A stretch of DNA of 64,000 nt, counting the filler, from Globobulimina sp. (Eukaryota): NCBI GenBank assembly GCA_003354225.1. It is 21 parts of 21 records of this genome, joined end to end, with 100 filler letters (N's around TTAATTAATTAA, not from the genome) between each part and the next. Parts side by side here need not be neighbours in the genome. Positions count along the whole stretch, not along the records: positions 12,233 to 15,189 come from PIVH01004233.1; positions 15,290 to 18,246 come from PIVH01004234.1; positions 18,347 to 21,303 come from PIVH01004235.1; positions 21,404 to 24,359 come from PIVH01004236.1; 17 more parts are not named here. The stretch is one strand, 5' to 3'. The notes beneath the pieces are model-generated. The model did no database searches. It had not been told where the DNA came from and saw only the letters and a program-made list of their open reading frames with translations. The first letter of the stretch is position 1; each line of letters begins with the position of its first letter. Shown here piece by piece: positions 12,256 to 23,533 of this stretch. The position numbers and the translations under genes were made by a program.

Positions 12256-15189
12256 CAAATCTTATAAAACTGACGATATATCACCAACATGCCAAATCAA
12301 TGATGATTTACAAGTTATATTTGCTCGGAGTTGTGGTTTATGCGATAAACGGATATCAAACGGATTACCAAATGCAGCATGTTCCAGTTCATCAGATTGT
12401 AATGGTACAATATATAAACTCACAAGAGAACTATATGGCGATGATGCGAGCCAAATATGTCATTTTAATTTGATGGATGATGCAACAACACAAGAAAGCA
12501 CAGGATTTTGTTTATCACCATTTGCTCGACCTAGTTGTGGTGTGGTTGATTTTTTGATGCCAGCTGCAGATACTCCTCACTTTTACACACAAGATTGTAA
12601 TAGTCCGTGCATTGAAGATTATGAATGTTTATCAGGATACTGCTGGAGTAGAAATGGTATTTGTTTGACTTTACCAACACCAGATCCTACGCCATATCCT
12701 ACGCCAAGACAAGGTTATTTTAATCGTATACGATCAGAGGCTGCGCTACGTTTAACCCAATCTATCAAACCATTGCGTGCTGCTTCAACTTGTCAAGATT
12801 TAACCCATTGCGCTGACGAAAGTGTTTATATTTCATCATTGATTGCTTTTGGTATAATACCAATCATATTTGGCTCTATTTTACTGGGTATTTATTGCTT
12901 TACTTGTTTTACGTTTTGTGCCTGGTCGCAATGGAGCAAATTTACGTTTTGTCGCTGTTTTGATGGCCTAAATGCCAAACATTGGTGGTTTAAATGGATA
13001 TTTGCTGCTTTATTGTTTATTGTATTGGCTATCATTAGCTGGCAATGTGCGAAAGGATTGCAAAGTAATACAGCAATGCATCAGCATTTGTTTGATACCA
13101 ACCAAACCGTATCATTTAAAGGTGAGATATTAGAAATATTGGATACCACTACTGCACGATTTAAAAATGTTGGTGATGATACAAAATGGATCGCAGCTAC
13201 AATGGCTCTCGTTTTAGAAGAAATTTCCGATGCTATTAAAAGAACTAATTTTGATATCGATGTGAATATGGAGCCCATCTACAAACTTTTAGAATTTATA
13301 ATTAACACATATTCTGATATTGAATTAAAAGCCACAATCATTGATCCACAGACAATGCAGCCGGTGGAGGTTGTATTGACTTGTTCGTTTTGTGAAAATA
13401 TTGGAGAATATATACTGGTAATAAACAACTCATTATCTGACGCAGTGGCGAGTATGAAAGAAATTGAGTTGACGATAGAACAATATTCGACATTGGTGGC
13501 TGATAAAGTCGATATCGGTGCATCATTGCTGAAATTCTCAGATGCGAGCACTAATTTTACACAATATATGGATTTATATCGAGAGGGCGCAGCATTTGTG
13601 ATTGATATATTTGAGATATTAGACACTCAGAGACAATATGTTGGAACTGGCATTTTCGTGGCACCCTTATTTTGGATATCATTATTTTGTATTGCTTTAG
13701 GCGGATTTGCATTGATTATGTATGTGATTAATAAAAGGAAATATTTGTGGCTCAGTGAATATGTGTTCAGAATAACGTGGTGCTGTATGATGTTTGTTGG
13801 TTGCAGTATGTTAATGGTATTTGGTGTGTTAGCAATGGTAAATATCGGCTGGGCAGATTTTTGCGTTTTTTTGGATAATTTTGAAGCGGATCCAATGACA
13901 AATAGTCCGAAAAGCTTCCATGACGGAGCAAAGGTAATAAATGCATGTTGGAGTGGAGCTAATTTATTTGAGACATTTAATTTGAATCAAATTCAAGATT
14001 GGGCAGATTATGAAAAGAATATAAGTTTTTCATTGCATGTTGATATATTTGAAGCATTAAATATTGCCAAATTAGATTTATTTACCTCCGAAATTGGTTT
14101 ACTTGATATTGATGAATTCCAGACCGATGGTGATGTATATTTATCTTATTTGAATCAGATTGGTCCGCCATGTACTTGTAACTGTTTGCCGTGGGGCTTT
14201 GATGAAACTGCATTTTCGAGGCAGAAATTTCAAAATGGACAGTGTTTCACTGATACGAGCTGTTGGACGGATATCTCTTCCTTTCTTGATATGACTATAT
14301 CGCAAATATCGCAGCTGTTACCCCCTGAATTCGCACATTTAAATGAATTAATACCGTCAGATGTAAATGATCTGAGTGGCTTACCACTCATCAATGATAT
14401 GAGTGGTTTGCCACTTATCAATGATTTATTAGCGTTGCAAGTATCTGGTGATATTAATTTGACTCAAATAAATAAAATGATAAGCCAACATGTTGTACCA
14501 ATTAGTAATTTAGATTTAAGTCAAGTAAATGTTGGTGGTTTTACAACTGAACAATTGATTGAATTAATGATTGTAAACAGTAATATTGCCTCAGATTATG
14601 ATCCAACGGAATGTATGCAATATGTAGCATTATCGTATGGGAAAGTTATGGCAGAATATATACTATTTAATGAAACAATGTCTTTGATAAATAATTTGAA
14701 AGATGAAGTGTATAATTTATCACAATCATATGATGGCATTTTTGTGATTGGAATTGGCATTGAAAATGTATTAGCAAATATCACTCATTTAATTGCCCCA
14801 TTATTGGAAAGATTCGATTTAATGATTGATGATTATGCACGATGCGGATTTATTGGTGAAATCTATGGCGGATTTAAAGAGGTGTGCTGTGTTTATGTGT
14901 TCCAAGATATGACAGGCATAACAAAGGCGATGCTGATTATCTCTATTTTGTCAGTATTTGCCGTGTTTTTAGCATTATGTACGCAATATTTGTTTCATCC
15001 AGTTCGGAAACTTATAATTTATAGAAGTGTGTATGCAGATGACATTGATGAGGATGGTGAGGAAATAATTTCATGCCCTCAATGTGGTAATAGGTTTCCT
15101 TTATCACAAGGAATAAATCATGCGGCTCATGCCTATCATTCAGAGATTAATCAAAACATTGAATTCGGAGATAATAAACAAGAAGACAT
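12256..15189 (+). CDS. Tweety/prominin-like 5-TM membrane protein with N-terminal Cys-rich region, partial
   Basis: Frame is open from the TTGTAG acceptor at 12255. Five TM segments, two large helical extracellular loops, WADFC motif after TM4. Confidence 0.5.
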
Positions 15190-15291
15190 NNNNNNNNNNN
15201 NNNNNNNNNNNNNNNNNNNNNNNNNNNNNNNNNTTAATTAATTAANNNNNNNNNNNNNNNNNNNNNNNNNNNNNNNNNNNNNNNNNNNNAT

Positions 15292-15483
15292 GTTAGATGT
15301 ATATATAAATTAGTTGAAGGAGAATTGGAAGAAACATTATATAGAAAATATAGTGGAATAGAATCAAAATCAATATTAGGAAAAGGAGAAGTATCTTATA
15401 TTGATGATCACATGGGAGAACATTCAATTGTGAATAATGATAATATTTATTCTTATTCCCTACATTTATATTATAAATATTAA
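15292..15483 (+). CDS. Cysteine dioxygenase type I, C-terminal part (missed by the ORF track), probably viral
   Basis: Translates as VRCIYKLVEGELEETLY...LGKGEVSYIDDHMGEHSIVN...SYSLHLYYKY*. It has the CDO Cys-x5-G-x-L-x-E strand, YIxDxxGxH metal ligand and SLHLY triad. Confidence 0.82.
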   Translation, partial: VRCIYKLVEGELEETLYRKYSGIESKSILGKGEVSYIDDHMGEHSIVNNDNIYSYSLHLYYKY

Positions 15484-15529
15484 AATTCTACATTAATAAT
15501 TTATTTATAAAAAAAGAAAAATCCAAATT

Positions 15530-15537
15530 AAAATTGA
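15530..15537 (+). promoter_or_regulatory. AAAATTGA Mimiviridae-type early promoter motif
   Basis: Exact octamer 112 nt upstream of the ATG at 15650, inside a duplicated upstream block. Confidence 0.7.
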
Positions 15538-15649
15538 TTAATATATTACTTATAATCAAAACTATTAACTTTTATCCAAACATTTAAACCTTTAAAAACC
15601 TTTTAAAACTTTAAAATAAACTTTTATTCAGTTTAACTTATAAATTATT

Positions 15650-16555
15650 ATGTCCGTAGAACAAAAGTGTAAAGATAAAGTTGAACCATTTTTTGTTCAA
15701 TATCAATGGGTTGCTGATTTAGAAAAAGATATGTTTAGAATGTTAGAAAATGACTATACAAATGGAGATAAATTAATTTTATATGATAATCAACTTAAAG
15801 TAAATCATAAAATAGTTTCATTAGAATATTATTCTTCTTTAATAAGAATTGAATATTATAATGAAAAAGATTTAAAAGAAATCCACGATTTGATATACGA
15901 ATGTTTTAATGATTGTAATATTACAGTTGAAATGATAATGAATAATGATAAATATATTGAAGTTGAAGGATTAACACCAACCGAAGAGGAAGAAGAAACC
16001 GAAGAGGAAGAAGAAGAAACAGTAGATATAAAAAAATTAAAAGTTTCAGAATTAAAAAAATTATGTAAATCAAAGGGAATTAAAGGATATTCAAAATTAA
16101 GGAAACAACAATTAATTGATTTATTAAATAAACAATGTGAGTGTGAAGTATGTTATGACTGTGATGAGGAATATTATAATGATTTCATTGCTGGTGAAAT
16201 ATGTGAAAAATGTGATGAATGGGTATGTGAAAAATGTTATAAATTAGAAGAGAACACTATGATGTATTTCTGTAATAATTGTTATGATTATTTAAAAAAC
16301 AATATTGAAAGTGATTGTGAGGAAGAAGAAATATGTGGATTATGTAATGAAGAAAAATCATTAAAAGGTTTTTGTGAAAATAGTAATTGTAAAAACCCAG
16401 TATGTAAAGATTGTGATGGTTATAATAATAAATATGATAATTTTTATTGTTGTGAGGATTGTTCAAAAGAAGAATGTTGTGATAGTGATGAAGAGAATGA
16501 ATGGGAAAAAGAAAATTGTCTGAGTGAAGATGAAGAACAATCTGAATGTATGTGA
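15650..16555 (+). CDS. Rho_N-domain, acidic Cys-rich (CxxC) protein, NCLDV-like
   Basis: KKLKVSELKKLCKSKGIKGYSKLRKQQLIDLL (Rho termination factor N-terminal domain), many CxxC pairs, intronless, very AT-rich. Confidence 0.75.
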   Translation: MSVEQKCKDKVEPFFVQYQWVADLEKDMFRMLENDYTNGDKLILYDNQLKVNHKIVSLEYYSSLIRIEYYNEKDLKEIHDLIYECFNDCNITVEMIMNNDKYIEVEGLTPTEEEEETEEEEEETVDIKKLKVSELKKLCKSKGIKGYSKLRKQQLIDLLNKQCECEVCYDCDEEYYNDFIAGEICEKCDEWVCEKCYKLEENTMMYFCNNCYDYLKNNIESDCEEEEICGLCNEEKSLKGFCENSNCKNPVCKDCDGYNNKYDNFYCCEDCSKEECCDSDEENEWEKENCLSEDEEQSECM

Positions 16556-16589
16556 AGAACTAACAAAAAAACTATGATGTATTTCTGTA

Positions 16590-16622
16590 ATTATATTTTA
16601 TTTTAAAAAAACAAAATATAAT
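16590..16622 (+). terminator. AT-rich hairpin, mimivirus-type 3'-end signal
   Basis: ATTATATTTT...AAAATATAAT perfect 10-bp stem, extendable past one mismatch, 35 nt after the stop codon. Confidence 0.5.
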
Positions 16623-16667
16623 AATGGACTTATTTACTATTTACTTATAAAAAGAAAAATCCAAATT

Positions 16668-16675
16668 AAAATTGA
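16668..16675 (+). promoter_or_regulatory. AAAATTGA Mimiviridae-type early promoter motif
   Basis: Exact octamer 112 nt upstream of the ATG at 16788. Confidence 0.7.
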
Positions 16676-16787
16676 TTTATGTATTACTTATAATTAAAAC
16701 TTATTAACTTTTATCCAAACTTTAAACCTTTAAAAACCTTTTAAAACTTTAAAATAACCTTTTATTCAGTTAAACTAATAAATTATT

Positions 16788-17768
16788 ATGTCTATTGAAG
16801 AATTACAAAAAAGAATTGAAGAATTAGAACAAGAATTAGCACCATTAAGAACATTCAAAGATTGTTGTGTCATTCAGTATTACGGAAAAGAACATTTTGA
16901 AAGTGAATTAGAAACATTAGATATTGACCGAGAATTAACTGATGAAGATTTCATTTTATTAAGTAATAAAGTAAGAAATGATGAATTTATTATACAATGT
17001 ATTGGAGAACGTCTTACTGAAATTGTTGAGGAATGGAATGAAGAAAATGAGGCAATTGAAAATCAAAGTTATTGTAGATGCGGACAACCATCTCATCCAA
17101 ATGATATATGTGGACACGGAGTTGCTGACGGAAGATGTTGTAGTTGTGAAGAATGTAGAAAACAAATGGAAAGTGATAGTGAAAGTGAAGAAGCAGAGTG
17201 TCAAAGGTGTGGTTGTGATCAAGAAAGTGAATTTTTAGATATATGCGAAGAATGTGGTGAAAATGTTTCTTGTGCCGAATGTAGAGATGAATATAATTCT
17301 GTTGAAAGAAATATAATTGACGAATGTGAAGAATGTAGTAAAAAGGTATGTCTTGAATGTAAAAAAGAAAAACACGAAGATTGTGAAGAGGAAGAGAAAT
17401 GTGAAGTTATTGATTATAATAAAGATTATGATAAAATGAAAGTTCCAGAATTAAAAAAATTATGTAAAAACGAAGGAATTAAAGGATATTCAAAATTAAA
17501 GAAACAAGAAATAATTGATTTATTAAATAAAAGATGTCAATCTTGTTTAGAAGATAAAAATGAAGAAGATTGTAAAGTATGCATTGATTGTGAGAAGAAA
17601 TATTGTGAAGAATGTATGGATTTAGATGAATATCAAGATGATTGTAATCTTAAAATTGATGGTCATATATGTGAAAAATGTGATGAATGGGTATGTGGAA
17701 AATGTTATAGATTAGAGAGTAATGCTATGATGTATTTCTGTAATGATTGTTATGATGATTTATATTAA
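16788..17768 (+). CDS. Rho_N-domain, acidic Cys-rich protein; paralogue of 15650-16555
   Basis: DKMKVPELKKLCKNEGIKGYSKLKKQEIIDLL, plus the shared ICEKCDEWVCxKCYxLExNxMMYFCNxCYD module. Confidence 0.75.
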   Translation: MSIEELQKRIEELEQELAPLRTFKDCCVIQYYGKEHFESELETLDIDRELTDEDFILLSNKVRNDEFIIQCIGERLTEIVEEWNEENEAIENQSYCRCGQPSHPNDICGHGVADGRCCSCEECRKQMESDSESEEAECQRCGCDQESEFLDICEECGENVSCAECRDEYNSVERNIIDECEECSKKVCLECKKEKHEDCEEEEKCEVIDYNKDYDKMKVPELKKLCKNEGIKGYSKLKKQEIIDLLNKRCQSCLEDKNEEDCKVCIDCEKKYCEECMDLDEYQDDCNLKIDGHICEKCDEWVCGKCYRLESNAMMYFCNDCYDDLY

Positions 17769-17800
17769 TTATATTTTATTTTTTAAAAACAAAATATAAT
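17768..17800. terminator. AT-rich hairpin between convergent virus-like genes
   Basis: Same stem as 16590-16622, lying between the stop codons at 17768 (+) and 17816 (-). Confidence 0.55.
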
Positions 17801-17815
17801 AATGGACTTATTTAC

Positions 17816-18246
17816 TTATAACTTTGCTATCTCATCACATAATGCTTTCTTCTTTAATTTTGATTTTCCTACTGATTTTGGTAATGCTTTATATACTGCT
17901 GATTTCTTTATTTTTGATACTGTATTATTCATACAATCATCTTTTACACTTCCTACTACTTTCTTTACTTTCTTTTTCTTTACTACTTTCTTTGCTTTTG
18001 ATTTCTTCTTCTTTACTACTTTCTTTGATTTCTTTTCTGGTGTTTTCTTCTTCTCTGCTAAGATTTCTGCCTTTATTAATTTTCCAATCTTTTCTACTCT
18101 GCTTGGTTTAATTGAATGTTCTAATGCTAAGTATTCTCCTGATTTTACTAATTTCTTTAATTCGTTAATTGATTTAATACCTAATCTCATGAAGTTATCA
18201 ATTATTCCTTCTGATTTTCCTATTTTGAAATTATCTTTTATAAATT
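17816..18246 (-). CDS. Lysine-rich basic protein, 5' partial, virus-like
   Basis: Open from the contig end; KKVVKKKK repeats; C-terminal KSKLKKKALCDEI resembles a Rho_N-type helix. Confidence 0.55.
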
Positions 18247-18346
18247 NNNNNNNNNNNNNNNNNNNNNNNNNNNNNNNNNNNNNNNNNNNNTTAATTAATT
18301 AANNNNNNNNNNNNNNNNNNNNNNNNNNNNNNNNNNNNNNNNNNNN

Positions 18347-20713
18347 CCGCTCCCACGCTCGCATCGATGCCATAGAACAGCGCCTCCTCTTCGCCCAGGC
18401 CGCAGTCCGCCACCTCCTTCCGCCTCTCCTTGCAATTCGAGTGTGCGTGCTTCACCCATTGCGGCCGGATATTCTTGCTCTCGCGAGCCGTCTTCAACTT
18501 GATCGCCAGGTCGGCCTTCTTCTTATCGTACTTCTCGTTCATCTCAGTCTGCAGCTCTTTGAGCCGCTTCCGCAGACTCGAGTCGTGCCGCAGAAACGAG
18601 TTCAGTTTCATGGACTGCCGCATCGCGTAAATGCTGCGCAGGAAATGCGTGCTCTCCACGTCGAACATGGTGTCGCTGACTACCAACAGGACGTGGCAGA
18701 TGCAGCTCAGAAACAGCGCGTGTTTCACCATCTCGATGTCCCACGTCTCCATCGGCGCAGACGAGTGCGAGTGGAGCAGGTCGGCGTTCTCGCGGATGCA
18801 GCGCCGCCGGTGGTTGGTCAACGAAAACAAGATGCTCGGCGATAATATCGGTTGGCAGTCCAAGTAGATCACGCGTTGCCCGCTGCGGCTCGCATAGCCC
18901 TGGATGCCGTGCGTGCAATGCGTCGAAGAGATCAATTTGTTGAGCTCCGCAGTCAGGAAAATGTCCTCTCCGTCGCCCGCCAAACACGACAACAGACGCG
19001 ATTTGCCCACGCCTTGCTGCCCAATCACGCCAATCATCAAAAAATCGCTGCATTCCGGCGATAGCTGCTCCTCAATCTCGTTCAGAACATGCGGACACAT
19101 CCGGACGTCCAGAAACGGCACAGATTGGCATCGGCGTTGCCGGCTGTTGTTGTCGTAGCAGTTGACGTACCGGTTCAAAATCTCGTTTTCTAAGTCGATA
19201 TTGCTCAGACTGTCGTCGCTGAGGACGTCCTCCTCGGTGTGGCTGATATGCGCGTCCCACTTCACACTGCTGCCGTCGCGGTGCGTATTGAATTTCTGGT
19301 TGTAATGGCGATGCCGCGGGCCCATATTTGGCGAATGGATGGCAGTGTCGTCATGTTTGCGGGCCGAGGAAGCAAAGCCATGCTTGTCATGCGAGTGTGA
19401 ATGTGAATGGTGTTTATCCCATTCGTGGTTACGATGCCGTGGCGGTTCGAACTTATTCGGCCGTTTGTCCCAACGACGAAAGCCACGGTCTCTGTTATAA
19501 TCCTCTTCATCGCTCCATTTGTCACTGGCAAAGTCTTAATTGTACGTGTTTTTTGGTGGTGTGTTATATGCGAATTTGCGTGCGTTCATATATGAATATG
19601 TTAACTTGATCTGTGCCGATTATAATGTTTGTAATGATGCTTCCCTCTCCGTACGCGTCCACGCCCTCTGCCTCGGCCACGGCCACCGCCACGGCCACGT
19701 GTACGGAAACTGGCCGCTCGGTCACTGTTACTGTGACTGTTGCCTCTTCGCCACGATCGCGTGTCTTCATGCGATGTATTCGCCTCTTCAGGCATTTGGA
19801 GCACAGCGGGGGTGGCAGAGACGGCGGCAGGGACTGTAGTGGCAGCGGCGGTGTTGTTGCTCGTTGAGGCCGTACTAGCACCAATGTCAGCGATTATGTT
19901 GGCGGTTTCAGACCCAATGGCTATATGAGGCTCACTTGCATTGTTATCGGACGGTACAGTGGTGGCTGTGTCGTCTGTCCCATCTGTATAATGTGTATGT
20001 GTGTATGTGCAAGGATGGCGATGTTGTTTTTTGTTTGATAATAAAGTGGTTTGTCTGTGTATAGTGATACCATTGTTTTGTTGGGCGAGTGCTTGTAAGG
20101 CAGCTTCGCGCTCTTTGTCGAATTTCTTGCCTCTGCCAATGGATTTGTTGTAGTTTTTCTTGTGATGCTGTGGGATGGGGATGACAGCGCCGGTGCCATC
20201 TTTGCGTTTGTAATGATAGAGGCGGCCGCCGCGTTTTTGCATGCCTAATAATTGATGGCCAAGGCTGTTTTTAGGAGGAATGTAGGCAATGGAGCTGGCG
20301 GAGAGGTTGCTTGGATCAGAGATTACGTTTTGTAGCACTGCGGCGACGTTGTCGTTGGGATTGGTGAGGTTGGGGAAGCGAGACAGGGCGTTGTTGTTGG
20401 TGTTGGTGTTAATGTGGGTGTTGGTGGTTGGGTGTGCTTGGTGCGTAGGGGAATGAAGCTGTGTGTTTGTGTTGTTATTGGTGTTGATGTGATCGATATT
20501 GTTGTTGTTGGTGGTGGTGGTGTTTGGGTCATTCACTTGTTTGCGTTGTAAGATACGAAATGGTTTATTGCCATTGTCGTTTGTAATTTGACCATTGAAA
20601 TGTTGTGCGTTATTGTAATGGTCAATGCTTTTATTGTATCGACCGCGTCGATGATAGCCATTGTTGTAACCATTGGGGTTGTAGCGTCTTTTACCTCTGC
20701 CATAATTGCTCAT
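18347..20713 (-). CDS. SMG9: SMG9-like NMD factor with long low-complexity/RGG N-terminus; intron 19535-19605; 3' partial
   Basis: IGVIGQQGVGKS P-loop, HCTHGI, RVIYLDCQPILSPSIL, LFLSCICHVLLVVSD. The 71-nt GT..AG intron joins ORF 19601-20713 in frame (HRS-N-FASDK). Confidence 0.85.
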
Positions 20714-20848
20714 GGCGTGTTTTCACTGCGTTTTTTACTTTCCACGGTGATTGGTAACCAATATTTGGTTATGTAAATATTGTTTCTTTGCGTGCATGGA
20801 ATGTCATTGTCGACAAAGTACACTGAAAAAAGTTTACTGAGATATATC

Positions 20849-21303
20849 ATGTTGCCAACATCTAGAAACTCCTCTCATTTCATACAAATCTGTGTGCGGA
20901 GTCGAGCGCATTTCATACAATGCACTCACAAGCAACTATTCCAATTCAGTACATCGTCTAAGAAAGAACGAGAAGCAAAATTAGCAACAAAATACAAAGC
21001 CAATACGAAACTGCCAAAACGTATCGGTCAACATGCAAACACCAACATTGATGAACTTGTTTATTTTCCTAAAGTTGACCAACAATTAAATCCACCATTA
21101 TACGCATCGCATTTATCAGACAATGCATCGAATTCGAATGGCAAAGTATGCATTTATAATTATAAAAAAAGATTCATTGATGTGAACAGATCCGAAATAA
21201 AAGAAACATTACAATTTGCGTTGTTCACCTGTTTAGCACTCGGCTTCCCCGCCATGTTAATGTACACATTATATAAAGGTCCAAAATACAATCTGGGCTG
21301 GAC
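20849..21303 (+). CDS. Hypothetical protein with possible mitochondrial presequence and C-terminal TM
   Basis: Arg/Ser-rich, acid-poor N-terminus; one hydrophobic segment. Confidence 0.4.
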
Positions 21304-21787
21304 NNNNNNNNNNNNNNNNNNNNNNNNNNNNNNNNNNNNNNNNNNNNTTAATTAATTAANNNNNNNNNNNNNNNNNNNNNNNNNNNNNNNNNNNNNNNNN
21401 NNNAAACAAAAAGCTATCTTGCTTTATAAATAAATTTGTTCCGTTGATTAACTCGTCAGACGGTTGAATATGTGATGTATAGATGTTATATGCCAATATT
21501 AACACAATCACAAATACCCAAAATGGTTGTACCATGATCACGCATCCATTTAAAATGAACTAAACTTTTCGAGCTCACTAGGAATACAGTCATGATGGCA
21601 TCCTGTGACAAAGCAAGAGAAGTTTTAAAGATTGAATATTGTATTACTGGTATTGGTATTAATTATTATGAAGAAATAAAATGGATTCAAGGCATACAAT
21701 AGATAGAAAAAACCAGAAACAAAAGTGGATAAAATCGCAAAAAATAACGGACTAACATCCTTAAAAAACAACAATTTAAAACAAAAG

Positions 21788-23494
21788 TCACATATTTGGC
21801 AATTGTTTTATGTCAGGAAACACCAATTTGTTATTTGGTGCATTTTGTAACAAATGATCAGAATAAAAATCTTTATACCATTCGCTATATTCAATTTTAC
21901 ATTGATATTTTGATGAACAAAAATGTAAAAACGCTTCAAATGACCATTCATTATTATTATCCTCATTTTTTTGTTTTTGTTGCAAAAGCAAAACATCTTC
22001 ATATAAAGTCATATAATATCTCATTATATGGATCCAAAAATATGTTTTTGTACAATTATAATTATATTTATCAAAAAGCATCCATTTCCTTTGTATGATG
22101 GACGTAAACTGGGCCTTTAATGTATTGATATAACACCAGATAACTCTTAAAAATGACGTATGTCCTTCCCATGATTTAAATGTTTTATTTTCAAACTCTT
22201 TTAAAAATATTTCATCGCATTGTTTAAATCTTTTATATTTTCCTGTTTTTACTGTAACTTTCACATTTTTAATATTTGTAATTAATGATGGTAACGGCAT
22301 AAGATCCGGTAAAATCATCTCATTTTTACAGTTTTCATCGTCCATTTTATTTAATAATTTATTTGAATAATATTTCTTCATTAAACAATTATAATCATTT
22401 GAAAATGATGGATTTATAATTAAAAAATACTCAAAATCTCGACATTGAGCTTGCTTAAACATACCAAAATATATCAATTGACTCCAAAAATATGTTTTGG
22501 TTACATTGTATGGCGTATATTCCCAAATTTGTTTCAAACCTTTTCTTCGATCAAACATTGTGAAAAATATCCAAATCATTCTCATAAAATTATAATGATT
22601 CCATTTAGTTTCACTTTCATTCAACTTTAATTTATAAATTTTTATAAATTGTTCATCATTTTCAATGTAATTCTCGCAATATTTCCTATTTATAAATTGC
22701 ATCAATAATATTGTTTTTTGACTCTCCTCATTCTGCTCATTATTGAGCTCACCGTAATATTTATATTCATTATAATCATAATCTTGATTTTTATATAATA
22801 AATGTATAAATTTTACAATTTCAATTGGAATAAAACTTAATAATTTATATTTTGCGTCTGTTTCCCGAATGTATCCGGAAATTAATAATATTGATTTTAA
22901 TTCAGATTGAATACAATATTTATTCTCATTCAATGTATATAACAACCATTCAAACGCCACATTAATGCCATTCTCGTCGTTGTTCTCTTTTGTTGCATTG
23001 CATGAGGTTATAAAATATTGTCTATTCCGTAATGAATTTAATTCTAATTTGTTATTCATTGTATTTATATCCATTGCAGATGTTAAATCTTGTTTATTTG
23101 CTAAGATTAATAGTGCTGCATTGCGGACATAGTCTTTTTCTAACAACATATCAAAATGTCTCCGTACTGTGTCCCAAAAGAATCCCTCGCTGTTATCCAT
23201 TCTTATTCTGTCTGCACTGTCAATCACAAATATAATACCATCCGTACTCTCATACACTAAATCTAATAATGTGTTCCATTCGGATTTATTGCTATTTGCT
23301 ATATTCCATGAATGAATGAATAGGTTTTGAAATTTGCAGCTTTCCACAACAAATCCACTGATTGGTTCAGAGCGTGTAATCTCATTCGATATTCGTTGTA
23401 ATATTCTTGTTTTTCCAGTGCCATCTAAACCTACCATGATTACTTTTTTTTGAGGAAGGCTTTGGTGTCTATTGCTCTTTAAAGCGTTTCCCAT
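21788..23494 (-). CDS. Arf/Arl-like GTPase domain fused to two copies of an uncharacterised helical domain
   Basis: MGN start, MVGLDGTGKT, IIFVIDSAD, LILANKQDL. The C-terminus repeats H..F.R.IW...YN.TKTYFW...FE.FL...YS..LL...PD...LP twice. Confidence 0.8.
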   Translation of the reverse strand: MGNALKSNRHQSLPQKKVIMVGLDGTGKTRILQRISNEITRSEPISGFVVESCKFQNLFIHSWNIANSNKSEWNTLLDLVYESTDGIIFVIDSADRIRMDNSEGFFWDTVRRHFDMLLEKDYVRNAALLILANKQDLTSAMDINTMNNKLELNSLRNRQYFITSCNATKENNDENGINVAFEWLLYTLNENKYCIQSELKSILLISGYIRETDAKYKLLSFIPIEIVKFIHLLYKNQDYDYNEYKYYGELNNEQNEESQKTILLMQFINRKYCENYIENDEQFIKIYKLKLNESETKWNHYNFMRMIWIFFTMFDRRKGLKQIWEYTPYNVTKTYFWSQLIYFGMFKQAQCRDFEYFLIINPSFSNDYNCLMKKYYSNKLLNKMDDENCKNEMILPDLMPLPSLITNIKNVKVTVKTGKYKRFKQCDEIFLKEFENKTFKSWEGHTSFLRVIWCYINTLKAQFTSIIQRKWMLFDKYNYNCTKTYFWIHIMRYYMTLYEDVLLLQQKQKNEDNNNEWSFEAFLHFCSSKYQCKIEYSEWYKDFYSDHLLQNAPNNKLVFPDIKQLPNM

Positions 23495-23533
23495 TGTATT
23501 AAAGTAGCAAGTGCACTAAAAAAAAAAAACTTG

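Noticed and set aside
18100-18246. DNA polymerase X HhH similarity (LGIKSINELKKLVKSG)
   Set aside because: Too short, and no catalytic domain follows before the stop.
18430-19260. Several overlapping ORFs in the SMG9 region
   Set aside because: Stop-poor shadow frames of a GC-rich coding sequence.
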